NCBI GenBank assembly: GCA_023443285.1
Contig: JAEZVB010000128.1
Span: 3,385 to 67,384, forward strand
Reading direction: 5' to 3'
Origin: Bacillota bacterium
GTDB lineage: Bacteria; Bacillota; Negativicutes; Sporomusales; Sporomusaceae
DNA: 64,000 bases
The translations under genes and the position numbers were made by a program. The notes beneath the pieces were generated by a model. That model saw nothing but the letters and a program-made list of their open reading frames with translations, searched no databases and was not told the DNA's origin. Each line of letters begins with the position of its first letter. Position 1 is the stretch's first letter. Positions 1 through 9,228 of the stretch are shown piece by piece.

Positions 1-171
1 AACGGCATGCTCGACATTGTTTTAGTCGCATTTCCTGAAATTACAGACACCGATGATATATTAGTCCAGGATGTTCCCGCTACCTATGAGTTAATTAAAA
101 ATTGGCTGGAATTCATTCTGGCCGGCAGGCTTACCGAACTCCCAAACGCAGAGACTCCGGCAGAGTCATAA
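1..171 (+). CDS. phage tail assembly chaperone (gpG-like), 5'-partial
   Basis: Frame-1 ORF is open from the window edge and stops at TAA 169-171. It lies directly upstream of the tape measure gene, the conserved gpG position. Call is by synteny only. Confidence 0.5.
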   Translation, partial: NGMLDIVLVAFPEITDTDDILVQDVPATYELIKNWLEFILAGRLTELPNAETPAES

Positions 172-353
172 ACACACTGTCGGAGTATGAACATTGCCTG
201 TATTGGTATGCATGTATGCATGAAAGCTATGGCTGGACGCGCGAGCAGATTGACGGTGAGGAATTTCAATACCTCATAGAACTCCTGGTAACTAAGGCAA
301 AATCCCAAGTGGAACCAGGCGAAAAAACAGCGTATGTTGATGAGGTGCTTTAG
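102..353 (+). CDS. -1 frame extension (gpT-like) of the tail assembly chaperone, probably made only as a G-T fusion
   Basis: ORF is in the -1 frame relative to 1..171 and overlaps its 3' end. It has no convincing RBS or ATG of its own (TTG in the ORF track). This is the classic G/GT layout before a tape measure gene. Confidence 0.5.
   Translation: MAGIHSGRQAYRTPKRRDSGRVINTLSEYEHCLYWYACMHESYGWTREQIDGEEFQYLIELLVTKAKSQVEPGEKTAYVDEVL
141..147 (+). promoter_or_regulatory. putative -1 programmed ribosomal frameshift site (slippery heptamer C CCA AAC)
   Basis: CCCAAAC is in X XXY YYZ phase of the frame-1 ORF. A -1 slip enters the frame of ORF 102..353, which ends 1 nt before the tape measure ATG. 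Confidence 0.5.
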
Positions 354-2864
354 ATGGCAAAAGGGACAAAAGTTGACGAGCTGTATTTGCAGTTATCCTT
401 GGATATGTCCGATTTGGAAAAAGGTGTGGCCGGTGCCGATAAAAAGGTTACTGACTTATCAAGAAAACTAAATACTGAGCTTAAATTTAATAAAATCAAA
501 GCTGATATTGAACTGGCCGGCATTGATAACGCTGAAAGAAGTATCAAAGGGCTTAAAGTGCAGTTTGAATCACTTACGCGTTCTGTTGAAATCCAGCAGA
601 AAAGAGTGGAAATCGCAGCCGCCCTACATTCCAAAGCCGTAAAAGAACTAGGTGAAAATGGTCAAGGTGTAAAGCTGTTAGAAAGCAGATACCTGCAAGA
701 GCAGAAAGCCCTCGCTTTACTGGAAAAGCAACTCAGACAGACCAATGAAGCCAGAAAAAACATAAATGTCAATGCAGGCAACAATGCTGGCACAGGAGTC
801 TTGGAACAATTAAAAACAGCAGCCTACGGCGCGCAGGCTAACCTCTCACTAGTTAATTCCAAGCTTCTGGTCTTGACGGCTCTGGCCGCAAGTGGCGGCG
901 GTTTGTTTAATTTAGTCAAAGGGGCAACCGAGGCTGGTGAATCGGTTTATCAATTGGCAACAAAGTTAAGTATTGGTGCGGCAGAAGCGGGAAGCCTCAA
1001 TAAAATTTTGCGCCTAACCGGCACAGACAGTCAGTCCTTTATAGCGACCATGCTTCGCATAGATAGAGCCGTAAGTACCGCAGGGAAAAACGGTAATGCC
1101 ACAACCCAAGCTCTCGAATATTTTGGTATATCCATCAAAGATACCTCCGGAAACCTGCTGCCGCTCAATCAGCAAATTGAGCAGTTAGCCAAAGGCTATA
1201 AGCTAGCAGCGGCTGCAGGCGAAGAAGAAGCCTTTGTTGCTGAAGTGTTGGGCGCGCGCGGAGCTGCTTTAATCCCTATGCTAAAAGAATATGAAGTAGC
1301 TGCCCAAGCTGCCAGCCGGATAAAAACCATCGGCATTGATCCAGCACAAGCGCATGAATTAGGCATTGAATTTAAAATCATTTCGGCAGAAGCCTCGCAA
1401 TTAAATAACGCTATGGGTAATGCCTTACTGCCAATTGCTAAAGAAATAGCGCCTGTCATAGCCGATGGATTTGGCGAGACTGTGCAATTCATAAAAGAGA
1501 ATAAAGACGCGATTGTCGATGTTACCGAGGTAGTTATTGAACTGGGTGGAACCGTCAAAGACGTATTGGTAACGGCTTTTGCACCTATGTTCGGCTTTGT
1601 TATTGACAATAAAGACAGTGTAATTGCTGCTTTGCAGCAAATCCGGGCAGAAATGCAGGTACTGCAAGAGAAGCCGTGGGCCATAGTATTGCCACCCATG
1701 TTGCAAGAAATCATTCTCGGCGATGAAGTTAAACAGAAAAAGATTCAGATGCAAGCGGCGGAAGCAGCAAAAAAGGCCGCTCGCGCCGCAGCAGAAGCCA
1801 CTGCCAAAGAAAATGAAAAAATACAAGCTGAGGAAGAAAAGCGCCTGCGTGAACAACTGCAAAACAGGCAAAGGGCTAATGCCGAAACCATAAAAGCGCA
1901 ACAAGAGCTTGACGCGGTATTGTATCGTTTAAATCATGATCGTGTACAAAATGAGCTCCATGACATCGACCTAAAGACCCAAGAAATGATTAAAGCTGGA
2001 GTGCAAGAACAGACTGCACTAGAACTAGCAGAAGCGAAAAAGGCGGAGATAACCAAGCGCTGTGCCGAAGAAATTCAAAAAGAGCGAGAAAGCTTAACTG
2101 ATAAAATCTTTGCGCAAAACGCATCAGCCTTGCAGATTCGCCTGCGGGAAATTGAACGCGAAAAACAAGCCTGGATTAAGAAAACCAATGATGAAGTTAG
2201 GGCCACGCAATGGGCCGAGCAAGAAAAAATACAGGCTGTAAAAAATGCTGCACTGGATGCCATTCGCAATCACCAGGAAGAACTCGAACTCATTAATAAA
2301 GTAATTGAGGCCAGAAAAAACCAAGCGGTCATTGAAGGAACAGACAAAAACGGCAACACGGTTGATTACTCTTCACAGTACCGGGCACGGGCAATTAAGT
2401 CTGCCATGGAAGAACTGCAGGCTTTTCAAAGAGAAGCGTTAAACCTGCCTAAATTATCCTTTGCAGTAACTCCGGAACACTTGGAACTATTGCAAAGTTC
2501 CATGCGCGCTGTAGAGGATTCGGTGTTACATGGTATGGTTACCGTAAATAACCAGGCCTTAAACGATATGACAGCCAATATGCCGCAAATCGGCCAAATA
2601 GCAGCTGATAATTATTTTTCGCCTTGGCAAAGTAAGGTTCAGCAATTATCAGGAGCGCTATCCAATATTGGTGGTGTTGGTATGGAAAGCACGCCAGGTG
2701 CGACCAACCCGGTCATAAAAAACTTTAGTATTTCCATTCCTGTTACAATCCAGGCAAACGTAAATTCCGATACGGACTTAAACCAACTGGCTGACAAGGT
2801 TGCTGCCAAGATCGAGAAACCGCTTGTGCAAGCCATACAGGGAGCGGATGAATATGGTGTTTAA
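354..2864 (+). CDS. phage tail tape measure protein
   Basis: 836-aa ORF with long A/E/K/Q-rich coiled-coil stretches and a hydrophobic central region. It follows the chaperone pair; size and position are typical of a tape measure protein. Confidence 0.9.
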   Translation: MAKGTKVDELYLQLSLDMSDLEKGVAGADKKVTDLSRKLNTELKFNKIKADIELAGIDNAERSIKGLKVQFESLTRSVEIQQKRVEIAAALHSKAVKELGENGQGVKLLESRYLQEQKALALLEKQLRQTNEARKNINVNAGNNAGTGVLEQLKTAAYGAQANLSLVNSKLLVLTALAASGGGLFNLVKGATEAGESVYQLATKLSIGAAEAGSLNKILRLTGTDSQSFIATMLRIDRAVSTAGKNGNATTQALEYFGISIKDTSGNLLPLNQQIEQLAKGYKLAAAAGEEEAFVAEVLGARGAALIPMLKEYEVAAQAASRIKTIGIDPAQAHELGIEFKIISAEASQLNNAMGNALLPIAKEIAPVIADGFGETVQFIKENKDAIVDVTEVVIELGGTVKDVLVTAFAPMFGFVIDNKDSVIAALQQIRAEMQVLQEKPWAIVLPPMLQEIILGDEVKQKKIQMQAAEAAKKAARAAAEATAKENEKIQAEEEKRLREQLQNRQRANAETIKAQQELDAVLYRLNHDRVQNELHDIDLKTQEMIKAGVQEQTALELAEAKKAEITKRCAEEIQKERESLTDKIFAQNASALQIRLREIEREKQAWIKKTNDEVRATQWAEQEKIQAVKNAALDAIRNHQEELELINKVIEARKNQAVIEGTDKNGNTVDYSSQYRARAIKSAMEELQAFQREALNLPKLSFAVTPEHLELLQSSMRAVEDSVLHGMVTVNNQALNDMTANMPQIGQIAADNYFSPWQSKVQQLSGALSNIGGVGMESTPGATNPVIKNFSISIPVTIQANVNSDTDLNQLADKVAAKIEKPLVQAIQGADEYGV

Positions 2865-3186
2865 AATTGGGACAGCAGTTGCCATGAAAACAGAATCCTT
2901 TGCAGTTGCCCCCGATGACCGACAAATCCTGATCAAAACCGTTGGCGGTGTAGTTGTGCAGGATAATGGCAGAATTCCGGATGGGGATGTAATCACAGTA
3001 ACGCTGAAATTCACGGCAGCGAATTGGGCGCTGGTTCAGGACTATTGGCATAAGAGAACCAAGGTAAAAGTAACTGATCATACGGGTGTGACATATTCAG
3101 ATTGCCGGATTCGTGTTACCGGCATCAAATACGTGGATAAGTTTCCTGGCAAATATGACATAACGTTAGAAATTTGGAGGGTATGA
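2848..3186 (+). CDS. hypothetical phage tail protein (about 112 aa)
   Basis: ATG at 2848/2854 overlaps the tape measure stop and is tightly packed in the late operon. No family recognised. Confidence 0.6.
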   Translation: MNMVFKIGTAVAMKTESFAVAPDDRQILIKTVGGVVVQDNGRIPDGDVITVTLKFTAANWALVQDYWHKRTKVKVTDHTGVTYSDCRIRVTGIKYVDKFPGKYDITLEIWRV

Positions 3187-3187
3187 C

Positions 3188-3574
3188 ATGGCATACATTC
3201 ATTTGTATAAAGGCACTGTAACTTCTGGCGGTACAGACGGCGCTTTATGCTCGGAAGGAGATATGAGTAGCCCTCTGTCAACCGCCAATATATTGAACAC
3301 CGGTGCTGAGTCGGGGGTAATTACGGCTGCACTCCGCTGCGACAGTGGCTATGCAACTAGCACAAGCACAGTACTAACGCCAAGCAGTGATAAATGGGCC
3401 TTATCTGCTGACGGAACAACGTGGGGTGCTTGGGGGGCAGCCCTTACAATCACGAGCATAATTACAGCCGTTAACACGCTTATCTATGTTAAAGCCAAAA
3501 GCGCTCCAGGCGAGTCGCCAATTGCAGATACTTCGGCAAAGATAACGATAACGACAACAACGGTGGCGGCATAA
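3188..3574 (+). CDS. hypothetical phage tail protein (128 aa, Thr/Ser/Ala rich)
   Basis: Start lies 2 nt after the previous stop, same strand and operon. No family recognised. Confidence 0.55.
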   Translation: MAYIHLYKGTVTSGGTDGALCSEGDMSSPLSTANILNTGAESGVITAALRCDSGYATSTSTVLTPSSDKWALSADGTTWGAWGAALTITSIITAVNTLIYVKAKSAPGESPIADTSAKITITTTTVAA

Positions 3575-3575
3575 C

Positions 3576-4205
3576 ATGGGCGCAGAAAGTATTAGCATTG
3601 ATACCCTAAGAAATGTTTTCTGCTCGGAAAACGTAAGTGTTGATACCGGCAGACATGTCATTTGTTCCGAAACAGTATCAGTTGATACAGCCAGAAAAAG
3701 AACCAGTAGTTTATTTGGCTGTACAACACTCTCCATTATCCTTGCGGCAAAATCACTCACTGACAAATTTGCGCTTACTACTTACCAGCCAGTTATTCTT
3801 GAACAACTCCTAATCGGTCATGTCAGGAGTTTTAATTTTGCTTTGAAAGTAAAGGAATTATTGATAACGGACGGATTATATTCTGTTACCGGGGTCTATG
3901 ATATTGATCATCTGCTAAGTAAGCCGCTGGCATATGATGCAAGTCTGAAAAAAGCAACAAGTACTGTTTACGCTATAGCAGCTGTACTGGGTAGTGCAGT
4001 AAACATAAGCATTGATGATTTTGCTGTTGATAACCAGAGTGGTGGCCGCCCAACCTGTAAGGAGGTTTTAAATAACCTATTTTCCTGGACAGACAAATTA
4101 CCACACAGGCAGATTAATGTGTTTGTGCGTAACGGAACGCTAACTATCTTACAGCGCGGCAAGGAAACAGGCACAGTTACAATTAAGCAGGAGCATCCGT
4201 ATTAA
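3576..4205 (+). pseudogene. N-terminal fragment of a phage tail/baseplate protein, truncated by the 4188..9097 inversion
   Basis: The native reading frame ends at 4187. The last 6 codons and the stop are read from the inverted endolysin sequence. The frame continues in phase with the minus-strand ORF open to 9097 once the block is re-inverted. Confidence 0.65.
3594..3700 (+). repeat. about 2.5 degenerate tandem copies of a 42-nt (14-aa) unit, S(I/V)DTxRxVxCSExV
   Basis: Units 3594-3635 and 3636-3677 align without gaps with roughly two thirds identity. A third partial unit starts at 3678. Confidence 0.6.
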
Positions 4206-4641
4206 CCAAAACATAAAAGCGGGATTCTTTATCTGGGTCACCATCGGAATAATCGGTTCTACCTGCTCTGTCTGGAAACTCGGCGGCAATTTGCCCATAG
4301 ATGCAGGTAGCCAGCCTGTCCCCTTCCGTCTGCCCCGGCGAGGTCCATATCTCATAACCTTCCGCACTCTCGTTTGCCGCGCTGTTGCAATGAAGAGAAA
4401 TAAAAATATCGGCACCCCAGTCATTTGCCAGAGTAGTCCGATAGATTAAATCATCTGTTTCTGCTTGTTCCCATTCGGTCCGGGTCAGTTTCACCTCATA
4501 CCCTATCGCAAGTAAATATTTTTCAACTAGCCGCGAAATCACCAGCGCAACATCCGCTTCCTGAAGGCCTGTTGTTCCATTTACTGCGCCAGGATCAATA
4601 TTTCGTCCCGCATGCCCCGGATCAATGCATACTTTTGTCAT
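4183..4641 (-). pseudogene. N-acetylmuramoyl-L-alanine amidase (Amidase_3) endolysin, N-terminal fragment
   Basis: Motifs CIDPGHAG..DPGA, EADVAL, TR and ADIFISLHCNS are present. The sequence stops at FYVLVNTDAP(A*), inside the conserved P-x-V-L/I-x-E strand. Confidence 0.85.
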
Positions 4642-5230
4642 CGCGTTTTTCCGCCTCTTGTGCTAGCGTCACTGAAAAATTAGAACCCGTAATTTTGAAT
4701 AAAAGCATGCAACAATACAGCTTTAACTGCGCTACTTTTGTATTACCCATTTCCTCGAAGTTTTCTAAAATACTAAATAACTCGGTCATAGCGATGTAGG
4801 CATATATTCCTCCGGCAATCGCCTTATTAAGTTGTGTCCCAGCAATCAGCATCTCCGGCAGTTTTCCTGTCAAACCAGCGAATATAATGAGGATTCCATA
4901 GATGAAAATCTTTTCTCCCCAACACTGTTTTAACGCTCTGCTCGACAAATATCCAGGCTTCCAGGCATAAAAAAAGCCGCATAGAAGTGCGGTTGCGGTT
5001 ATGGGCAGCAGGCCTTGGTCAAGCAAGTAACGTTTTGTAATACCAACCCATTTTGTGAGAGTGTCCAGGCAGACAAAAACCATAACAACTAACAGAATAA
5101 TTTCACTTCCCCCAAACAAAAAACAAATCAAAGAGGACATCCCTGCCACTGCTGTCTTGTAAGGCCAGCTGTCAGCAATTGTATCCCTGCTTCGCTCAAT
5201 CAAACTCCACAATTTGAGCATAATCTCCAA
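4622..5230 (-). CDS. phage holin (toxin-secretion/phage-lysis holin type)
   Basis: Multi-TM 202-aa protein with an ELFSILENFEEMG motif (E-x-x-S-I-x-EN). It overlaps the start of the amidase gene, forming a lysis cassette. Confidence 0.7.
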   Translation of the reverse strand: MEIMLKLWSLIERSRDTIADSWPYKTAVAGMSSLICFLFGGSEIILLVVMVFVCLDTLTKWVGITKRYLLDQGLLPITATALLCGFFYAWKPGYLSSRALKQCWGEKIFIYGILIIFAGLTGKLPEMLIAGTQLNKAIAGGIYAYIAMTELFSILENFEEMGNTKVAQLKLYCCMLLFKITGSNFSVTLAQEAEKRDDKSMH

Positions 5231-5262
5231 GCCCTCACCACCTTATTTATTTACCATTTCTT

Positions 5263-6336
5263 TCACAATGGCTCAGCACAACCGCGAAATCCGATTTCCC
5301 GACTCAGCATCATTGGGCTCGAACTCCAACTTGAATTTCGTGAACCACAACGAGAATTATCCACCCAAATACCACCCAGAACAACACGATTCGAATTCTT
5401 CCATGCTGTACCGCGTACACCGGTATCATTGCTATCATAAGCAGTTTCATAGGTTTCTGACGAATGATACGGACCACCCGCCTCTGCTCCCCATTGATAC
5501 TGTGCACCGCACATATCTTCACAACCAATATTAGATATCATTCTCCTTCCTGCAAAATCGCTATGCCCGCCGGTTGTGTTAGGGTCTGACTCGCTAGCAA
5601 TATTAGTACCCTGATTGCTGCCCAAACTAGCAGACATAAATTCACGTTGAGTAAGTAGATTCTTTTTAGACTTTGCCAGCCAATCCGTGCCTTTATACCA
5701 GTGAAAAGCAGGAGTAGAAGTGCCGTCAGCAATGACACCGTTGTAAATACTGACTAGTTGCGACTCGCTCACACTAGCCAAATAAACATCAATCCACTTA
5801 TTGGTGTTTGCATCATAAACCATACCCTCCGGTTGGCACACCGGTCTATGGATTAAGTCCCAGATACTAGCCGGCAGAATATCACCGGCGCTGTAATCAC
5901 TCAGCGTATGCCCAGAAATTATGCCAACAGCCGCACATAAACAATGAAAGCCTCCGATCTTGCGGCAATTACTAGCTTCATAGCCTATAGGAACTGTGCT
6001 ATTTGCAGACAATAAAAATAAAGGTGTTATCCCGGTTGCCGGCTGACAGGTATAGATATAAAAATCTTTGCCTGCCCGGTTTTCCGCTGCCGTAAAACTA
6101 GCCGTATCCCAGTTAGCTGCCTGAGAAATATCGATTTCTTGCTGTGTGGAAACTATATAGCCAGAAGAATTAACCTTTACGGTTAGCTGCTTGGGTGACA
6201 AAAGTTTGGTTTGCCCGCTTGCTTGCCAGGCTACGTCGCGCGCATAGTCAGCAGGCAGAGAAGCGATTACTGCCGCAATATCAATGCCGCCTGAATCACC
6301 ACCAGAGGTTTTTCCGATGAATCCACCAAACCCCAT
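5263..6336 (-). CDS. phage tail fibre / receptor-binding protein with a C-terminal C-type-lectin (FGE/sulfatase-modifying-factor-like) domain
   Basis: C-terminus is NRVVLGGIWVDNSRCGSRNSSWSSSPMMLSREIGFRGC, which resembles the R-GGSW...G.R...IGFR signature of CLec-fold tips. It is the last structural gene before the holin. Confidence 0.55.
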   Translation of the reverse strand: MGFGGFIGKTSGGDSGGIDIAAVIASLPADYARDVAWQASGQTKLLSPKQLTVKVNSSGYIVSTQQEIDISQAANWDTASFTAAENRAGKDFYIYTCQPATGITPLFLLSANSTVPIGYEASNCRKIGGFHCLCAAVGIISGHTLSDYSAGDILPASIWDLIHRPVCQPEGMVYDANTNKWIDVYLASVSESQLVSIYNGVIADGTSTPAFHWYKGTDWLAKSKKNLLTQREFMSASLGSNQGTNIASESDPNTTGGHSDFAGRRMISNIGCEDMCGAQYQWGAEAGGPYHSSETYETAYDSNDTGVRGTAWKNSNRVVLGGIWVDNSRCGSRNSSWSSSPMMLSREIGFRGCAEPL

Positions 6337-6602
6337 TATCTAACCACCACCTGTACTTCAGACGCCTGTGCGCCAATTATGCTGAGCATATTCCAAGGAG
6401 ACTTCGGCCTGAGTTCATAGGATTGACTCTCGGTAAGCTTCAAACAATTAACATCATTTAATAGAGCTGACTGGCGCCAACTAATAAAAATGTCCCCAGG
6501 GCCGTAGTTAACCAAATCGGCATGTTGCTGGGGACTGTCGTAACTAATGATGGTTTCGCTGTTTGGCACTAATACACATCGGGTAATTTCTTTCCCTTGC
6601 AC
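6336..6602 (-). CDS. hypothetical phage protein (88 aa)
   Basis: Start/stop overlap with the downstream gene at 6336; packed in the tail module. Confidence 0.5.
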   Translation of the reverse strand: MQGKEITRCVLVPNSETIISYDSPQQHADLVNYGPGDIFISWRQSALLNDVNCLKLTESQSYELRPKSPWNMLSIIGAQASEVQVVVR

Positions 6603-6615
6603 AGTTCTGACCTCC

Positions 6616-8025
6616 TTATCCCTTCCAATTATTAATCATAGAAGCAATTTGTTTTGCAAAACCAGGCCTAACAAATGTAACGCGCTTGTTGTAATGGCTT
6701 TCATTTTGGGTAAGAGCATACACTTCCTGGTACTCACCAGCTATTACTCTCCCTATACCGCGGCTATGCAAAAACCACAGTTCACCTTTTTGTTTAATAA
6801 TATCAAGCGGAACGTTATACCCTATTTCGCATAATGTACTGCCATCCGGGTTATGAACTACTCGTCCCACATTCTTTACTTCATTATAGTAATAGCCGCC
6901 AGGCAAATAATACGGGAAGTCTTGCTGATTGCTCGTCGATGTTGTTTGTATATTCGTAAACCGGTAGTAATAATTGGCGGCAGTCGAGCCATTTAGTTCT
7001 TCAAACGAATCGGCGGAAAACCAAGGACAGTTATCCTCAATAACCCAAGGATTTAAGCCATAGCCATGGCCATCTAGAGTATCTGACACCTCTGTATTTT
7101 GATTCATTCTTTTGGAAAAGCCGCCATTATACTGAAACTCTTCTTCATAGCCTTGTATCGCTCCGCCAGCAAGAAAACCATATTTTTTGCCCGTATCTGC
7201 CCGGTATGCATTTAGATATACGCTCGTTCTAACCTCGCCATCAGTATATCCGCTAAAAAACAGCTTCCCCTCAGGACTTACAGACAAACTTGATAACAAT
7301 ACAAGACTATCTAAGCTTGCTATCGCTTTATAGCCAATACCTGACTGAGTAATATAATTACCTTCAACGAGTCTAAGACCAGCGGAATACTTTCTTAATT
7401 CTAAAACCGCAGCATCTCTTGATATATCCAATAATCCTCCATACTCCTGCTGCAAGGACTCGTTTTTAAAAACTTGTATGGCTCCATTTGCACTGCTGCC
7501 AGACTGATTTGCTACAGGCGATTCAGAATAACTGCTTGCTTTCCCAAAAGCACTGATAAGATTGCCCTCTGCACTAACGCAAAAATCTATACTTTGTGCT
7601 GTTATTGGCAGGTTCAGCCACTTTCCCTTTACTATATCTAAGAATTTCATCTTGCCCTGCAAAGTTCGCATCATTAAATAGGCTGCATTTGACCCATACA
7701 CAAAAAACATCAAAATCACTTGTCCAGCACTCTGCATAATCTGGGTTAATTTTGTTTTATCAATGAGATAGCGGGCAGTTTTTCCTGTAGCATACACTTC
7801 TGTAACATACACATCTCCACCATATGTTCCAAACAGAATCATGCATTCATCTGCCTTCGGAATATAGGGTTGCACGTTTCTGACTGGTTCATGGCCAAAT
7901 ATTACCTTCGAATCAGTCCACACCCAGTCACCTACTTGGTGAGAAGCATTGCCGATTGCCCGCTTTCCGCCAGAAGAAGTATATATAATAGTGCCGGATA
8001 TACCAGTTATTTGTTCAAGCTTCAT
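6616..8025 (-). CDS. hypothetical phage tail/baseplate protein (469 aa)
   Basis: Long ORF in the tail module with a 4-nt overlap to the upstream gene. No family recognised. Confidence 0.6.
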   Translation of the reverse strand: MKLEQITGISGTIIYTSSGGKRAIGNASHQVGDWVWTDSKVIFGHEPVRNVQPYIPKADECMILFGTYGGDVYVTEVYATGKTARYLIDKTKLTQIMQSAGQVILMFFVYGSNAAYLMMRTLQGKMKFLDIVKGKWLNLPITAQSIDFCVSAEGNLISAFGKASSYSESPVANQSGSSANGAIQVFKNESLQQEYGGLLDISRDAAVLELRKYSAGLRLVEGNYITQSGIGYKAIASLDSLVLLSSLSVSPEGKLFFSGYTDGEVRTSVYLNAYRADTGKKYGFLAGGAIQGYEEEFQYNGGFSKRMNQNTEVSDTLDGHGYGLNPWVIEDNCPWFSADSFEELNGSTAANYYYRFTNIQTTSTSNQQDFPYYLPGGYYYNEVKNVGRVVHNPDGSTLCEIGYNVPLDIIKQKGELWFLHSRGIGRVIAGEYQEVYALTQNESHYNKRVTFVRPGFAKQIASMINNWKG

Positions 8026-8261
8026 CGGCCAACAATCACCGCTTTCGTGCCGGCATCATTCATGACTACATATACCCAATCACCTGTATTCATTGCCATA
8101 TCGATGGCTGCAGAATATGGATAACACCTACCGCCTATATGCACACCATCGTTGGTTATCTGTCCGCGTTTAACGCTATTTTGTGCCGCCTCGCGTTTCA
8201 ACCTGTCTTTTACAGCGCTCGTAACCGTACGACATAACTGTTCAACACTCACGCATACCAC
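8022..8261 (-). CDS. hypothetical phage protein (79 aa)
   Basis: Overlapping starts and stops with both neighbours in the tail module. Confidence 0.5.
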   Translation of the reverse strand: MVCVSVEQLCRTVTSAVKDRLKREAAQNSVKRGQITNDGVHIGGRCYPYSAAIDMAMNTGDWVYVVMNDAGTKAVIVGR

Positions 8262-9097
8262 CTCACTAATTCAACACGCTGGCTGAATTTCTCCGGTTCC
8301 TGAGTAATATTGTTGCTCTCCAAGTAGTATTCGTTGCCTCGCCAGATCACTCGCGACGTATAATCTAAAATTGTATCATCATACACTTCCATGCTGATGC
8401 GTTCCTCTATTTTGCCATCAAGCCAAACCAGTGCGTCGGCAATAGCTTGTAAGCTGGCAATATCAGTAACAGGGTATTCATCCATGAGACTTCGTAGGCG
8501 GGCAGGTATGGTATATATCACTACATTGCTTCCCGGAGTAGTAATAACAGGCGCATTTATAGAGTTTTCACGAATCGAATAAGGACTAGCTTTACTGGAA
8601 GGTGATCCTTGCCCGATTGTCGTGCTGACAGTTACACCATTTTCTTCAATGGTTGTCCCCCAATGTCCCTGGCCTAATGGATAATGGCGGGTGAGCCTTG
8701 TTCTTACAACGCTCTCGCTTTCGTATTCTTTTTCGGTTTCTGTCACAAGATCATTACCGGAAGTATCATAGGTCACTTCAATCTTACCGGTTTGGGTCAA
8801 AGTCGTTTTTTTCTTAATAAATGCCGGTGGCACTGATGCTGAGTATTCCCATGTTGTGACTTCGGTAAATCCATCAATATTATGAGTTTCTTGTGTAACT
8901 AAACCATTCGAATACGTCACGGACGAATCTCCAAACGTGAATATCCCGGACAGATAGGATTCGGAATCTCCCTCGCTATCATCTATGCCACTGGAACTAA
9001 TGATAGTACCTGGCACAGCATCGCCGTTTGTGTCCGTGGAGTCCTCTAATGTATTAATCCGCGCTAGGTGAATACTTGGCTCGCTATAATCCTTGTC
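8249..9097 (-). pseudogene. C-terminal part of the split tail/baseplate protein (partner of 3576..4187)
   Basis: The ORF track starts it at GTG 9016, but the frame stays open upstream to 9097 (..DKDYSEPSIHLARINTLEDSTDTNGDA-VPGT..). There is no RBS before 9016. Confidence 0.6.
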
Positions 9098-9225
9098 TCA
9101 TAGAGATGGCGTTTATTTCAAATGATGAGGAGGCTGCATTACTAGCAGACCCAATTTGGCAAGACCGATATGCAAGGGCGATTGCGCGAGGAGTGACTGA
9201 TTATTTTTTAGCGGTGGAGGGATGA
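9098..9225 (+). pseudogene. C-terminal fragment of the Amidase_3 endolysin
   Basis: Frame-1 translation (V)IEMAFISNDEEAALLADPIWQDRYARAIARGVTDYFLAVEG* matches the Amidase_3 C-terminal consensus (LvE.aFISNp.Ee.lL ... A.aia.Gi..Yf). It has no start codon of its own. Confidence 0.85.
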
Positions 9226-9228
9226 GGT

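Larger units (their letters stand above)
4188..9097. other. inverted 4.9-kb prophage segment (tail genes + holin + 5' part of endolysin)
   Basis: All seven ORFs in the block are on the minus strand, while the flanking phage genes are on the plus strand. Both border genes are split, and both become in-frame when exactly 4188..9097 is reverse-complemented. Confidence 0.75.

Noticed and set aside
1196-1904. Antisense ORFs 1196..1714 and 1425..1904 (172 and 159 aa) inside the tape measure gene
   Set aside because: They lie fully within and opposite a strongly supported 836-aa gene. They have low-complexity composition mirroring the A/E/K-rich sense strand and no RBS. The same reasoning applies to the other nested or antisense ORFs listed inside nrdJ, alpha-1, alpha-2, the MCP gene, the hydantoinase-like gene and others.
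5263-6336. Diversity-generating retroelement acting on the C-lectin tail fibre
   Set aside because: No reverse transcriptase, avd-like gene or template repeat is visible downstream, where the holin follows directly, or elsewhere in the window. Only the fold resemblance remains.
4188-9097. Possibility that the inverted block is a programmed Gin/Cin-type host-range switch
   Set aside because: No serine invertase gene is adjacent. The far junction lies inside the endolysin gene and not in an alternative fibre exon. Only about 8 nt of imperfect inverted homology is present. A one-off illegitimate inversion, or a misassembly, is more parsimonious.
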